Source: an uncultured Bacteroidales bacterium
GTDB taxonomy: Bacteria > Bacteroidota > Bacteroidia > Bacteroidales > FEN-979
Assembly: GCA_903885595.1 (NCBI GenBank)
Contig: CAISJJ010000044.1
Span: 4,325-68,324, forward strand
Direction: 5' to 3'
Length of the DNA stretch: 64,000 nt
Each line of letters starts with the position of its first letter. Position 1 is the stretch's first letter. Under the pieces are notes generated by a model that saw nothing but the letters and a program-made list of their open reading frames with translations, was not told the origin of the DNA and searched no databases. Positions 35,410-46,135 of the stretch are shown one piece after another. Made by a program: the position numbers and the translations under genes.

Positions 35410-37368
35410 TTACTTCTTTTTCTTCTTCTTTTTGCCGGCCCACTCTTCGCTACCTGAAAATGGATTGTCTCCTTTCGATTTTATCCAGGATTTGATTTCA
35501 CTGTCTTTATTTTCGGAAAAATCCTTTCCCTTTTTGAAGTCTGCGCCACCTTTACTCTTTTTAAAGTCGGGTGCACCTTTTCCCTTCTTATAATCTGAAT
35601 CATCTTTTAATTTTCCTTTTTCCCTGAATGAGCGGCGTTCAGGTGTGGCGGCCGGCGACTCACCTTTTGCGATGCCAACGGAAAGACTTGCTCCCTTGAA
35701 GTCGGCTTCACTTAGGGCTTCAGTGAGAAATTTGGCATATTCGGTATCGACTTCAAAAACACCGTCATTTTTCCCAAGGGTGATATCACCGATGCGGATT
35801 CGTTTACCCGGACTGTTGGTATTGATCAGTTCTATCAGGTTATTGGGGTACAATCCATCGGCTTTACCGGCATTGATAACCAGCCGGGTAAATCCGGTCA
35901 CCTCTTTTCGTGATTCCCCGCGGCCACCTTTATCACGGAACGGTTCTTTTCCACCCTTATCACGAAACGATTCTTTTCCACCTTTATCACGGAACGATTC
36001 CTTGCCTCCTTTATCGCGGAACGATTCACGGCCCTTTTCCTCATAAACGTTAATATCTTTGGCGTTGCGGTAATATTCGAGGAAACGGTTGAATTCGAGC
36101 GCCACAAAGCGTTTTATAACATCTTCTTTTTCAAGCCATTCAAGTTTTTTGTAAATGGCTGGAAGGAAGGGATCGATTTCGGCATGTTCGATCTCAACAT
36201 TTTCCATTTTATTGATCAGGTTGAAGAGTTGTTTTTCACAGATTTCGCGTCCGCCGGGAACTTTTGCAGCAATAAATGGCTTGTTGATCAGTTTTTCGAT
36301 CTGCCTGATGTAGTGCTTTTCTTTCAGGTTGATGATGGCGATTGATGTTCCCGCCTTTCCGGCACGCCCGGTACGTCCGCTGCGATGCGTATAGGCCGAA
36401 AGATCATCCGGCAGGGCATAATTGATTATATGGGTAAGGTCATTTACATCCAGTCCGCGGGCTGCAACATCAGTTGCAACAAGCAGCTGCACGTGCCTGA
36501 TCCTGAATTTCTGCATAACGCTGTCGCGCTGTACCTGCGATAAATCTCCATGCAATGCTTCCGCATTATAGCCATCGCCAATCAGTTTATCTGCAATTTC
36601 CTGCGTGTCGATGCGCGTACGGCAAAATACAATTCCGTATATGGAAGGATAAAAGTCAACAATACGTTTCAATGCGGTGTATTTGTCTTTGGCATGTACC
36701 GTATAATACAGATGCTTAATGTTTTCAGCGCCTGCGTTGCGATCGCCAATGGTGATCTCAACAGGATTTTTCATGTAGTTCCTGGCGATCGCAGCAACCT
36801 CTCTTGGCATGGTGGCCGAAAACAGGAGCGTGTTACGGTTTTCCGGTACTTCGGCAAGAATTTCGTTGATGCTTTCCTGAAAGCCCATGTTGAGCATTTC
36901 ATCTGCTTCATCAAGCACAACGGAATGAACATCACGTAATTTGATTGCTTTCCGGTGCATCAGGTCGATCAACCGTCCCGGAGTTGCAACAACGATCTGA
37001 ACTCCTCTTTTCAAGGCTTTTATCTGAACGTCGTAACTGCTGCCGCCATAAACCGGAAGCACGTGAAGATCGTCAATGTATTTGGCAAAGTCGTTAAGGT
37101 CGCCGGCGATCTGAACGCATAATTCCCTGGTCGGAGAAAGGATCAGAACCTGCGGAAGTGCATTATCTGTATCAACCTGCTGGATCAGGGGCAATCCATA
37201 CGCAGCAGTTTTGCCGGTTCCTGTCTGGGCAAGGGCAACAATATCGGTTTTTTCGCCTAACAGCAGCGGGATAACTTTTTCCTGCACGGGCATGGGGACT
37301 TCAAAACCAAGGTCAACAAGGGCAAGCACAATTTCTTTGCTTATGCCCAATTCTTCAAATGTAATCAT
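35410..37368 (-). CDS. DEAD-box ATP-dependent RNA helicase (DeaD/CsdA-like) with repeat-containing basic C-terminal tail
   Basis: Q-motif region. Motif I AQTGTGKT, motif II DEAD (LDEADEM), SAT, HRSGRTGRAG. DbpA-like domain, then ESFRDKGGK repeats and a poly-Lys end. Confidence 0.9.
   Translation of the reverse strand: MITFEELGISKEIVLALVDLGFEVPMPVQEKVIPLLLGEKTDIVALAQTGTGKTAAYGLPLIQQVDTDNALPQVLILSPTRELCVQIAGDLNDFAKYIDDLHVLPVYGGSSYDVQIKALKRGVQIVVATPGRLIDLMHRKAIKLRDVHSVVLDEADEMLNMGFQESINEILAEVPENRNTLLFSATMPREVAAIARNYMKNPVEITIGDRNAGAENIKHLYYTVHAKDKYTALKRIVDFYPSIYGIVFCRTRIDTQEIADKLIGDGYNAEALHGDLSQVQRDSVMQKFRIRHVQLLVATDVAARGLDVNDLTHIINYALPDDLSAYTHRSGRTGRAGKAGTSIAIINLKEKHYIRQIEKLINKPFIAAKVPGGREICEKQLFNLINKMENVEIEHAEIDPFLPAIYKKLEWLEKEDVIKRFVALEFNRFLEYYRNAKDINVYEEKGRESFRDKGGKESFRDKGGKESFRDKGGKEPFRDKGGRGESRKEVTGFTRLVINAGKADGLYPNNLIELINTNSPGKRIRIGDITLGKNDGVFEVDTEYAKFLTEALSEADFKGASLSVGIAKGESPAATPERRSFREKGKLKDDSDYKKGKGAPDFKKSKGGADFKKGKDFSENKDSEIKSWIKSKGDNPFSGSEEWAGKKKKKKK
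35924..36031 (-). repeat. 27-bp in-frame tandem repeat x4 inside the DEAD-box helicase gene (ESFRDKGGK units)
   Basis: Four consecutive 27-nt units (ccacctttatcacggaacggttctttt and variants). Translation is GKESFRDKG repeated. Confidence 0.85.
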
Positions 37369-37525
37369 GTAATTGTTTTATTATGTGCTTTCGCGATTTC
37401 CGGGGTTTGCTCAAACCAGGTGAAACCTGATGGAAGGGCTTTGCCAATGGCATGATGCCTGTTGATTGTGCGGGCGGGAAATGTAAATCAGATCTATCTG
37501 ACCTCAAACACTGATTATTAAGCGG

Positions 37526-37533
37526 CAAAGGTA
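37526..37533 (-). promoter_or_regulatory. candidate -7 box TACCTTTG for the DEAD-box helicase gene (long 5' leader)
   Basis: Exact TAnnTTTG on the minus strand, about 155 nt upstream of the ATG. Confidence 0.35.
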
Positions 37534-37540
37534 CGATTAA

Positions 37541-37571
37541 TTTTGGATTTTGGATTTTGGATTTTGGATTT
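37541..37571. repeat. 7-bp tandem array TTTTGGA x ~4.4
   Basis: ttttgga x4 then ttt was read directly. It sits just upstream (gene orientation) of the candidate helicase -7 box. Confidence 0.85.
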
Positions 37572-37587
37572 CAAGATCGGAAAAGAA

Positions 37588-39015
37588 TTATTTTCTCCTG
37601 AAAACCACAAACCTTATCTCTTGACCCTCCACTTTTGATGAAAAATCGATTTCACGCACCAGCCCGTCCCTGCCAAGCAAATTATCGAGCGGTACCCCGT
37701 TTTCAATAATACTAAACCAGCTATCCCATACCACTTTATCACCAGGCTGAAGGAATTCAAGGTTTTGCAGGTTCAGATCCTGTCGTCGACTGGCATCGAA
37801 ATGGTCAAGATTCAGCGCCACACTGAGGTATGGATGTGAATATAACAGCTTGTTATTGGGTTGAACAGGATTTTCTCTGATGAATCCAGCGACAGCCCTG
37901 GCCATCGACTGCTCGCTGGTGAGCTTCATCTCCTTTTTCCAGTTAATGGCTGCCGGATTCCCGCTGAAGGGGAATAATACCACCACGGCCACCAGCATTA
38001 TACCGGTTATTCGGCCAATGATCTTGTATCCGTGAAACGCTTCAAGGGTTATAAAATTAAAACCTCTCAATGCGATCAGACTGATCAGGGGTGCAACACC
38101 CAGGAGAACCCTTTTCAATCCCATGGAGTTGAAAATACCAAAATACCAGAATAGAGAATGGGCGATGAAAAAGAGGGTAAAGCCGAGGAAAACCAGGATC
38201 GTTTCCTGAACAGGAATCACGACGTTTTTCTTAGACCAATGCCACCCATAGCTGATGATTCCAATTACGGTTAAAAAGTAAAGCGGAATTCCAATCACAT
38301 AATTAATCTGGTACACGAAATGCAGTAACGGACCGCTTCCGTATTTCGAATCAAGATTCGAATAGGGTATTTTGGTGAAAACCCATAAGAGATCATGATA
38401 TAGAAAATTCCCTGCCACCGCATATATCAGGTGCCCGGTTAACAGCCAGGGCAGGTATTTCCATTGTTTTCTCACGAGGAGCCAGATACCGAATACGATC
38501 ATGATAATCAAACCTTCGGAGCGAACAAAAGGCATGAGTGACACAATGACCGAGGCAGCAATATATTTCCGGTGAACTGCAAGAAAAACCCCGCCTATGA
38601 GAAATAATGAAAAAAGTGGTTCGGTCAGCCCGGAAAAGGTCAGGATGTAATAAAGTGGCATGAACATGAGGAAAACGACACTCAGCAACGGGTTGGAGAT
38701 ATTGAGCGATTTTGCAGTCAGGTAAGTGAGTTGGAAAGCCAGGATTGATGTGGAGAGATTGAACACTTTCATTCCAATGAACCCGAATTGTGCGAAGGGA
38801 GAACTGATGAGTACGAAAACAGGCTTAGCCCAATGATCAAAATAAAGTTCAGGATGTGCCGGCGCATACCGTGCAAACAAATAATGCATAATGCTGTCGC
38901 CACTATCGCCCGTGCCGTCAAAAAGGTACATGGTCACAATGCCTGCAACAGCATAAAACGCCAGCAGGAGGTGTATGGCGTTAATGTGAAGATATTGTAT
39001 TACCCGGCGCTTCAA
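37588..39015 (-). CDS. polytopic membrane protein, GT-C (ArnT/PMT-like) glycosyltransferase-like
   Basis: 475 aa with about 10 or more hydrophobic helices and a soluble C-terminal domain. An acidic first loop (DGTGDSGDS) follows TM1. TTG start at 39015. The functional call is weak. Confidence 0.45.
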   Translation of the reverse strand: MKRRVIQYLHINAIHLLLAFYAVAGIVTMYLFDGTGDSGDSIMHYLFARYAPAHPELYFDHWAKPVFVLISSPFAQFGFIGMKVFNLSTSILAFQLTYLTAKSLNISNPLLSVVFLMFMPLYYILTFSGLTEPLFSLFLIGGVFLAVHRKYIAASVIVSLMPFVRSEGLIIMIVFGIWLLVRKQWKYLPWLLTGHLIYAVAGNFLYHDLLWVFTKIPYSNLDSKYGSGPLLHFVYQINYVIGIPLYFLTVIGIISYGWHWSKKNVVIPVQETILVFLGFTLFFIAHSLFWYFGIFNSMGLKRVLLGVAPLISLIALRGFNFITLEAFHGYKIIGRITGIMLVAVVVLFPFSGNPAAINWKKEMKLTSEQSMARAVAGFIRENPVQPNNKLLYSHPYLSVALNLDHFDASRRQDLNLQNLEFLQPGDKVVWDSWFSIIENGVPLDNLLGRDGLVREIDFSSKVEGQEIRFVVFRRK

Positions 39016-39019
39016 ATGG

Positions 39020-39044
39020 AATTAAAAATTAAAAATTAAAAATT
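39020..39044. repeat. 7-bp tandem array AATTAAA x ~3.6, abutting the membrane-protein gene start
   Basis: The sequence is aattaaa aattaaa aattaaa aatt, 4 nt from start codon 39013-39015. Confidence 0.85.
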
Positions 39045-39074
39045 TCCCTGATAGATTCCATAGTTACCAAGAAT

Positions 39075-39102
39075 AAAAAAGCCGTCGTTAATCAGGACGG
39101 CT
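39075..39102 (-). terminator. rho-independent terminator downstream of the receiver/kinase gene 39130-40395
   Basis: The minus strand reads AGCCGTC-ctgattaac-GACGGCT followed by TTTTTT. Confidence 0.6.
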
Positions 39103-39129
39103 CATATTGAAAATTGTCAAATAATTCAT

Positions 39130-40395
39130 TTAAAGCTCTTTCGGCACTGAGAAAGAGAATGTCGCGCCATTTCCAACTTCACCAGTTGCCCATATCCTGC
39201 CTCCGTGCCTTTCGACAATCCGCCTTACAGTTGAAAGACCAACACCTGTTCCCGGAAATTCATCCTGGGAGTGAAGCCTGGCAAAGGGGGTGAAAAGATT
39301 TCCGGCCAGGTTTTGATTGAAACCGGCGCCATTGTCTTTTACATAAACAACGGTGTGATCTTCATGCTGCTGAGAGCCGATATAAATCTCAGGATCAGCA
39401 GTGTAGGAAGTGTATTTCCATGCATTGCCTAAAAGGTTTTTCATAACGACCATCAGAAGACTTGAGTCACCAACAACCTGAATACCCTCTTCAACAACGA
39501 ATTTAATCTTTCTTTCAGGAATATCCTGGCATGTCCACTCAATCACTTTTTTTGTCAGGTCGGTCAGATCAACTTTCTGGTGGTCGATTTTGATATTCCC
39601 CGACCGGGAAAATTGCAAAAGATCGCTGATCATGTCGGCCATTGAACGCACCGTGGTGAGAATTGTATCCAGGTATGAGTTATCTTCATCATTGAATTGT
39701 TTCTCGTATTTTTGCCTGATGAGTTGTGTACTGACACTGATATGATTCAGCGGCGTACGCAAATCGTGCGAGATAGTATAGGAAAAAGCTTCAAGGTCAC
39801 GGTTTGCAATTGCAAGATGTTCATTGGAATCCTGCAGTTGTTTCTGCGTCTCCAACAGGGTCCGGTTTTGTTCAATCGAAGTTTCATAAACCGACAGCAG
39901 CAAGTCAAGAATCTGTTTTCGTTCAGAATTGATTGCGTATTTATTCCCCTTGAACATGATCTCAAGCACCATGTCGGTATTCCCTGCACTCCGCAATTCG
40001 CGGTTGGCAAGCAAATAATTTACTCTCGAAAGCAGGTACTTTGATTCATATGGTTTGGTGATAAAATTGTCGGCACCCGATTGCAAACCATGTATGATAT
40101 CCAATGGATCCTGGAGGGATGTTAGCAAAATAATGGGAACCTCCATTAATTCTGGGGTCGATTTCAGTTTCTCGCAAAATTCATATCCATCCATTACAGG
40201 CATGACAACATCGGATATGATGAGCATCGGAAGTTCTTCCTGTGCTGCCTGAAAAGCTTCGGAACCCTCATGAAATACCTTTACTTTATAACCATGCTGT
40301 TTTAACAATGTTTTCAGCATGGTGGCTTCCATGAGGGAATCTTCCACCACCATAATGTAGCCTTCTAAATCTCCATGTCTGAAGAAGTGGCCCAT
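39130..40395 (-). CDS. response-regulator receiver / histidine kinase fusion
   Basis: Receiver is MVVEDS...MLIISDVVMP...TKP. H-box is TISHDLRTPLN. HATPase is DNGAGF, GTGVGLS. An alternative ATG lies at 40353. Confidence 0.8.
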   Translation of the reverse strand: MGHFFRHGDLEGYIMVVEDSLMEATMLKTLLKQHGYKVKVFHEGSEAFQAAQEELPMLIISDVVMPVMDGYEFCEKLKSTPELMEVPIILLTSLQDPLDIIHGLQSGADNFITKPYESKYLLSRVNYLLANRELRSAGNTDMVLEIMFKGNKYAINSERKQILDLLLSVYETSIEQNRTLLETQKQLQDSNEHLAIANRDLEAFSYTISHDLRTPLNHISVSTQLIRQKYEKQFNDEDNSYLDTILTTVRSMADMISDLLQFSRSGNIKIDHQKVDLTDLTKKVIEWTCQDIPERKIKFVVEEGIQVVGDSSLLMVVMKNLLGNAWKYTSYTADPEIYIGSQQHEDHTVVYVKDNGAGFNQNLAGNLFTPFARLHSQDEFPGTGVGLSTVRRIVERHGGRIWATGEVGNGATFSFSVPKEL

Positions 40396-40396
40396 A

Positions 40397-41428
<1,032 letters not shown>

Positions 41429-41444
41429 TTAATCAATAAAAGTG

Positions 41445-41452
41445 CAAAATTA
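41445..41452 (-). promoter_or_regulatory. candidate -7 box TAATTTTG for gap
   Basis: Exact TAnnTTTG on the minus strand, 43 nt upstream of the gap ATG. Confidence 0.45.
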
Positions 41453-41550
41453 AGGATTTATATAATAGAAAAAAACAGTGAAAGAAAATACGGATATGAA
41501 AAAAAGTCCTGTAGAACAGGGATGAAATCATAAAATATAAATAATTGACG

Positions 41551-41558
41551 TAATTTTG
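41551..41558 (+). promoter_or_regulatory. candidate -7 box TAATTTTG for pyrG
   Basis: Exact TAnnTTTG, 29 nt upstream of the pyrG ATG. Confidence 0.45.
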
Positions 41559-41587
41559 CAGAGATACAGTATTCAATATCCTGATTC

Positions 41588-43198
41588 ATGTCTAAAACCA
41601 AATACATTTTCGTCACGGGCGGAGTTACCTCCTCATTGGGGAAAGGAATCATCTCCTCTTCAATCGCCAAACTGCTTGTTGCACGTGGATTTACAGTAAC
41701 GATTCAAAAACTCGATCCCTACATAAATATTGATCCCGGAACGCTGAATCCATATGAGCACGGGGAATGTTTTGTTACCGAAGATGGTGCTGAGACAGAC
41801 TTGGACCTGGGGCATTACGAACGGTTTTCAAATGTACCTACTTCACAGGCAAACAATGTTACGACCGGGGTGGTTTATCAATCAGTGATCACCAAGGAAC
41901 GCCAGGGAGAATACCTTGGTGAAACCGTCCAGGTGATTCCGCACATTACTGATGAAATTAAATACCGGATCAAGTTACTTGCAAACCGTGGCGACTATGA
42001 TTTTATCATTACCGAGATTGGCGGGACCGTTGGTGACATTGAATCGCTGCCTTTTATCGAAGCTGTGCGTCAGTTACGCTGGGAACTCGGACGCAACTGC
42101 GTTGTTGTGCATCTTACGCTTGTTCCTTATCTTGCGGCTGCCGGTGAATTAAAAACCAAACCAACACAACATTCAGTAAAAACTTTGCTAGAATCGGGGG
42201 TTCAACCCGACATTATTGTTTGCCGCACTGAAAAACACCTTTCAGAAGGCATCCGCAACAAGATAGCCTTGTTCTGCAATGTAAGTCCATCATCGGTAAT
42301 TGAATGTATCGATGCTGAATCGATCTATGATGTACCGATCCTGATGCGGCAGGAGAATCTGGACCTGGAAATTCTTAAGAAAACCAAAATGCCATGTGAT
42401 CAGGAACCTGATCTCACCGACTGGGAACAGTTTTTATATGCACTGAAACATCCGTCGGGAGAGGTAAATATTGGCCTGGTCGGTAAATATGTTGAATTGA
42501 AAGATGCCTATAAGTCAATTAATGAATCATTTATTCATGCCGGTTCGGTAAACGGGGTACGTGTGCGTGTTCAGACGTTTCATTCTGAGTTTATTGATGA
42601 TTCGAATGTGGTCGAAAAACTTGGAAAACTTGATGGAATTCTTGTGGCGCCCGGTTTTGGAGAACGGGGTATTGAAGGCAAAATAACAGCAATACGTTTC
42701 GCGAGGGAAAATAAAATTCCATTTTTTGGAATTTGTCTGGGCATGCAGTGTGCTGTAATCGAATTTGGAAGGAATGTGCTGGGGTTCACCGGGGCTCATT
42801 CAACAGAATTCAATAAGCTTACCCCATATCCGGTGATCGATATGATGGAGATGCAAAAGAAGATCGCTGGTTTGGGAGGCACCATGCGACTGGGATCTTA
42901 TCCTTGTAAATTAAAGGAGGGCTCAAAAGCTTTTGGGATATATCAACAGGAAAATATTTCTGAACGGCATCGTCATCGTTTCGAATTCAACAATGATTAT
43001 CTGGAGATATACAGCCGGGCAGGCTTGAAACCGGTTGGTTTGAATCAGAAGGATAACCTTGTTGAGATCATGGAACTCGAAGATCATCCCTGGTTTATCG
43101 GCGTACAGTTCCACCCTGAATATAAGAGTACGGTGGCTCGTCCGCATCCGCTTTTTGTCAGTTTTGTCAAAGCTGCAAAGGAATACGCTGATAGATAA
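41588..43198 (+). CDS. pyrG: CTP synthase
   Basis: N-terminus is [17 protein letters not shown]. The glutamine amidotransferase domain has GICLGMQ and HRHRFEFN. Confidence 0.95.
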   Translation: MSKTKYIFVTGGVTSSLGKGIISSSIAKLLVARGFTVTIQKLDPYINIDPGTLNPYEHGECFVTEDGAETDLDLGHYERFSNVPTSQANNVTTGVVYQSVITKERQGEYLGETVQVIPHITDEIKYRIKLLANRGDYDFIITEIGGTVGDIESLPFIEAVRQLRWELGRNCVVVHLTLVPYLAAAGELKTKPTQHSVKTLLESGVQPDIIVCRTEKHLSEGIRNKIALFCNVSPSSVIECIDAESIYDVPILMRQENLDLEILKKTKMPCDQEPDLTDWEQFLYALKHPSGEVNIGLVGKYVELKDAYKSINESFIHAGSVNGVRVRVQTFHSEFIDDSNVVEKLGKLDGILVAPGFGERGIEGKITAIRFARENKIPFFGICLGMQCAVIEFGRNVLGFTGAHSTEFNKLTPYPVIDMMEMQKKIAGLGGTMRLGSYPCKLKEGSKAFGIYQQENISERHRHRFEFNNDYLEIYSRAGLKPVGLNQKDNLVEIMELEDHPWFIGVQFHPEYKSTVARPHPLFVSFVKAAKEYADR

Positions 43199-43209
43199 TT
43201 ACAATTTTG

Positions 43210-43217
43210 TACCTTTG
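43210..43217 (+). promoter_or_regulatory. candidate -7 box TACCTTTG for yidC
   Basis: Exact TAnnTTTG, 23 nt upstream of the yidC ATG. Confidence 0.4.
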
Positions 43218-43240
43218 CACCCATTTTTCCAATACCTGCT

Positions 43241-45190
43241 ATGAATAAAAATACAATTATCGGACTCGTCCTGATTTTCGGGATATTCATCATTTACAGT
43301 TACCTGATGAGTCCATCGCAAGAACAGCAGCTTCAGATGAAGCGCAAAGCCGACTCCGCTTATATAGCCAGCCAGGCTAAGCGTGATTCCGATATTAAAT
43401 CGCTTGCCCGTGAGAGGGCGATTGAAATGGCTAAAGCTAAAGAGAAGGTGCTATCGACGGGTCAGAAATTAGACTCACTTACGGTGTTGCGACTCACTAT
43501 GAAAGATGAGTTGGGCGTTTTTGCCAACGCGGCCGTAGGGAAGGATACCCTGTTTACGATTGAAAACGATGTATTTAAGTTAAAAGTTGCCGCACGCGGT
43601 GGAAAAATAGCACAGGTTGAACTCAAGAATTACGTCACCTGGGACAAACGTCCTTTGATATTATTAGATAAGGATTCATTGCAGTTCGGCTTTTCATTTT
43701 TTGCAAACAACAGGATCATCAATACAAACAGACTCTATTTCCAGCCATTCTGGCCTGATCAGAAAAACCAGGGACAGCCTCACGTCAGGGTAACCGGAAA
43801 AGATTCGTTACAGTTTGGGATGAGGCTCTTTGTTGCAGCATCGGATACAACCATCGATCCTACGAAATATATTGAATTCATCTACGCTGTGAAGGGGAAT
43901 GAATATATGCTTCGGTACAAGGTCAGGTTTGTCAATATGGCTGATGTTCTTGACCCGTCGACCAAGTATCTGGTGCTTAACTGGAATGAGAACCTGAAGC
44001 GCCAGGAAAAAAGTCTTAACATGGAACGAATGACCACCGGGGTCTATTTTAAATTTTTGGAAGACAAAGTGGATTACCTTTCTGAATCAAGCGATGATGA
44101 GAAAAACCTGAAGAATGAGCGGATCAAATGGGTCGCCTTCAACCAGCAGTTTTTTTCGAGTACCCTTATTGCAGATGATTTTTTTAGTGAACCAAAACTG
44201 AGTGTAGCCACACTTCCCGGCGGCAAACAGTATTTGAAAACCATGACCGCTGAAATGGGAATTCCTTTTATTCCCAAGGAGAACAAGGAAGTTGCCATGT
44301 CGATGTATTTTGGCCCGAACCAATATTATGGCCTGAAAAAATACGACCAGGATCTTGAGAAGCTGATCCCCCTGGGATGGGGCTTCTTTCTGATGGCCTG
44401 GATTAATATTTATGCAGTGATCCCTGTATTTACATTTTTTGGGAATTTCGGATGGAATTATGGTATCATCATCCTGATCCTGACGATCCTCTTGAAAATC
44501 CTTCTTTTCCCGATCGCCTATAAAACCTATAAATCTTCGGCAAAGATGAAGGTACTTAAGCCCGAGATCGATGAATTGAATGCGAAATTCGCGAAGAAGG
44601 AGGATGCAATGAAAAAGCAATCTGCCACAATGGAATTGTATAAAAAGGCAGGGGTGAACCCGATGGCCGGATGTATCCCGCTGTTGCTGCAGATGCCCAT
44701 CCTGATTGCCATGTTCCGCTTCTTCCCATCCTCGATCGAATTGCGCCAGCAGGCATTTTTATGGGCCAAAGACCTTTCGTCATACGATTCGATCTGGACC
44801 TTCCCGGGTGGATTCACCATTCCCTATTATGGCGATCATGTAAGTTTATTCGCGCTCCTGATGACCATTTCAAGTGTGCTTTACACCAAGGTGAACGAGC
44901 AGATGATGGGTTCTCAGCAAACCCAGATGCCGGGCATGAAGACCATGATGTACCTTATGCCGGTCATGTTCCTGTTTTGGTTCAACGACTATTCTTCTGG
45001 TTTGAGTTACTATTACCTGCTGGCAAACCTGCTGACTTTTGCACAGATTTACTTTATCAAGATGACCATCGATGAGAAAAAACTCCATGCCCAGATAGAA
45101 GCCAACAAAAAGAAAGTGGTTAAAAAGTCAGGATTTCAGAAACGACTGGAAGATATGGCGAAAAAACGCGGATACCCGGTAAAGAAATAA
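43241..45190 (+). CDS. yidC: membrane protein insertase YidC (long Bacteroidota form)
   Basis: N-terminal TM and a large periplasmic domain. The conserved C-terminal core has GCIPLLLQMPILIAMF and YYYLLANLLT. Confidence 0.9.
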   Translation: MNKNTIIGLVLIFGIFIIYSYLMSPSQEQQLQMKRKADSAYIASQAKRDSDIKSLARERAIEMAKAKEKVLSTGQKLDSLTVLRLTMKDELGVFANAAVGKDTLFTIENDVFKLKVAARGGKIAQVELKNYVTWDKRPLILLDKDSLQFGFSFFANNRIINTNRLYFQPFWPDQKNQGQPHVRVTGKDSLQFGMRLFVAASDTTIDPTKYIEFIYAVKGNEYMLRYKVRFVNMADVLDPSTKYLVLNWNENLKRQEKSLNMERMTTGVYFKFLEDKVDYLSESSDDEKNLKNERIKWVAFNQQFFSSTLIADDFFSEPKLSVATLPGGKQYLKTMTAEMGIPFIPKENKEVAMSMYFGPNQYYGLKKYDQDLEKLIPLGWGFFLMAWINIYAVIPVFTFFGNFGWNYGIIILILTILLKILLFPIAYKTYKSSAKMKVLKPEIDELNAKFAKKEDAMKKQSATMELYKKAGVNPMAGCIPLLLQMPILIAMFRFFPSSIELRQQAFLWAKDLSSYDSIWTFPGGFTIPYYGDHVSLFALLMTISSVLYTKVNEQMMGSQQTQMPGMKTMMYLMPVMFLFWFNDYSSGLSYYYLLANLLTFAQIYFIKMTIDEKKLHAQIEANKKKVVKKSGFQKRLEDMAKKRGYPVKK

Positions 45191-45198
45191 ATTATGAA

Positions 45199-45951
45199 TT
45201 ACACCAACCCTGACAGGGTGGAAAGGAACAGTTTCAATCCTTCTTTCTTCCTTTCATCAAACTCATAGGAGATATTGTGCTCAAGGTAGGAAAGACAGTC
45301 GTTGCACCCCGGCAATTTATCCCGGAAATATTCAATGCATTCAGGTTTGTGGTTGATGCCGTAAGCCAGGGCTGACGTAAACTGTAACATTATTTCAGCT
45401 GGTAATTTTTTCCTTGAAATCCATACTGCAAAGACGAACGGCAACCCGGAATAGCTGATCCAGGCTTCGGCAAGATCATAAACATAAGGAAAGTCAGGGC
45501 GAATTTCAAAAGTCTTATCCCCAATGGCAACCAACGATTCCAGCTTTTTCATGGAGGCTGCCTCTCCTGGTTTCAGATGTTCCCAGGTGGGTTGGATATT
45601 CCAGTGATTTTTGGCCAGCACCTTCACCAGTTCAACGGAGGTGCGTGAATCAAAATCAAGATAAACACGACGAATCTGCGTAAGAGGAACCTTCGACAGC
45701 AACAGCACGGTTTTCACTTCGCCGGTCGCACCAATGCAATAATCGGAGATGTAATAAAAATCCTTAATCTCAGGCAAAGCGGCCACAGGAACCAGCGCAA
45801 TATCAACCGATCCGTTCCTCATCTTTGCAGCGCACACCGATGGTACATCAAGTTCAAGCGTGAAATTTTGCAAAAGCCCCGATTCCTTTAATCCAAAAAC
45901 AAAAGGATAGGTATTCAGGTAAGAAACAGCAGATATTTTAAGTGATGACAT
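45199..45951 (-). CDS. mqnA: chorismate dehydratase (futalosine-pathway menaquinone biosynthesis MqnA)
   Basis: 250 aa. The N-terminus LKISAVSYLNTYPF and overall periplasmic-binding-protein-like pattern are typical of MqnA. Confidence 0.75.
   Translation of the reverse strand: MSSLKISAVSYLNTYPFVFGLKESGLLQNFTLELDVPSVCAAKMRNGSVDIALVPVAALPEIKDFYYISDYCIGATGEVKTVLLLSKVPLTQIRRVYLDFDSRTSVELVKVLAKNHWNIQPTWEHLKPGEAASMKKLESLVAIGDKTFEIRPDFPYVYDLAEAWISYSGLPFVFAVWISRKKLPAEIMLQFTSALAYGINHKPECIEYFRDKLPGCNDCLSYLEHNISYEFDERKKEGLKLFLSTLSGLV
45207..45220. repeat. third copy of the ACCCTGACAGGGTG motif at the 3' end of mqnA, between convergent yidC and mqnA
   Basis: aACCCTGACAGGGTGg was read directly. It encodes the last residues (TLSGLV) of mqnA on the minus strand. 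Confidence 0.75.
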
Positions 45952-46104
45952 CAGGTAGAAACTTTAATTTCAAGGGTCAGACGAATGCCTGTAATATTGA
46001 TCATGATTTTCACAAATGCTGTTTAAGAGGATGTTTCATGCTGTGGTTCATGACGCAAAAATAGAGGATTTGGTGTAATTTTTCGCGTATTATTCAAATT
46101 TCTT

Positions 46105-46112
46105 TACCTTTG
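46105..46112 (+). promoter_or_regulatory. candidate -7 box TACCTTTG for small ORF 46136
   Basis: Exact TAnnTTTG. A TTTCG lies 19 nt upstream as a weak -33. Confidence 0.4.
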
Positions 46113-46135
46113 CGCGACCTGGTTTTTCCCTGATT

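Noticed and set aside
41498-41520. Hairpin TCCTGT-aga-ACAGGA preceded by an A-run between divergent gap and pyrG
   Set aside because: It would be a terminator only on the minus strand, where no upstream gene exists. It is a 6-bp stem with a 3-nt loop and is likely fortuitous.
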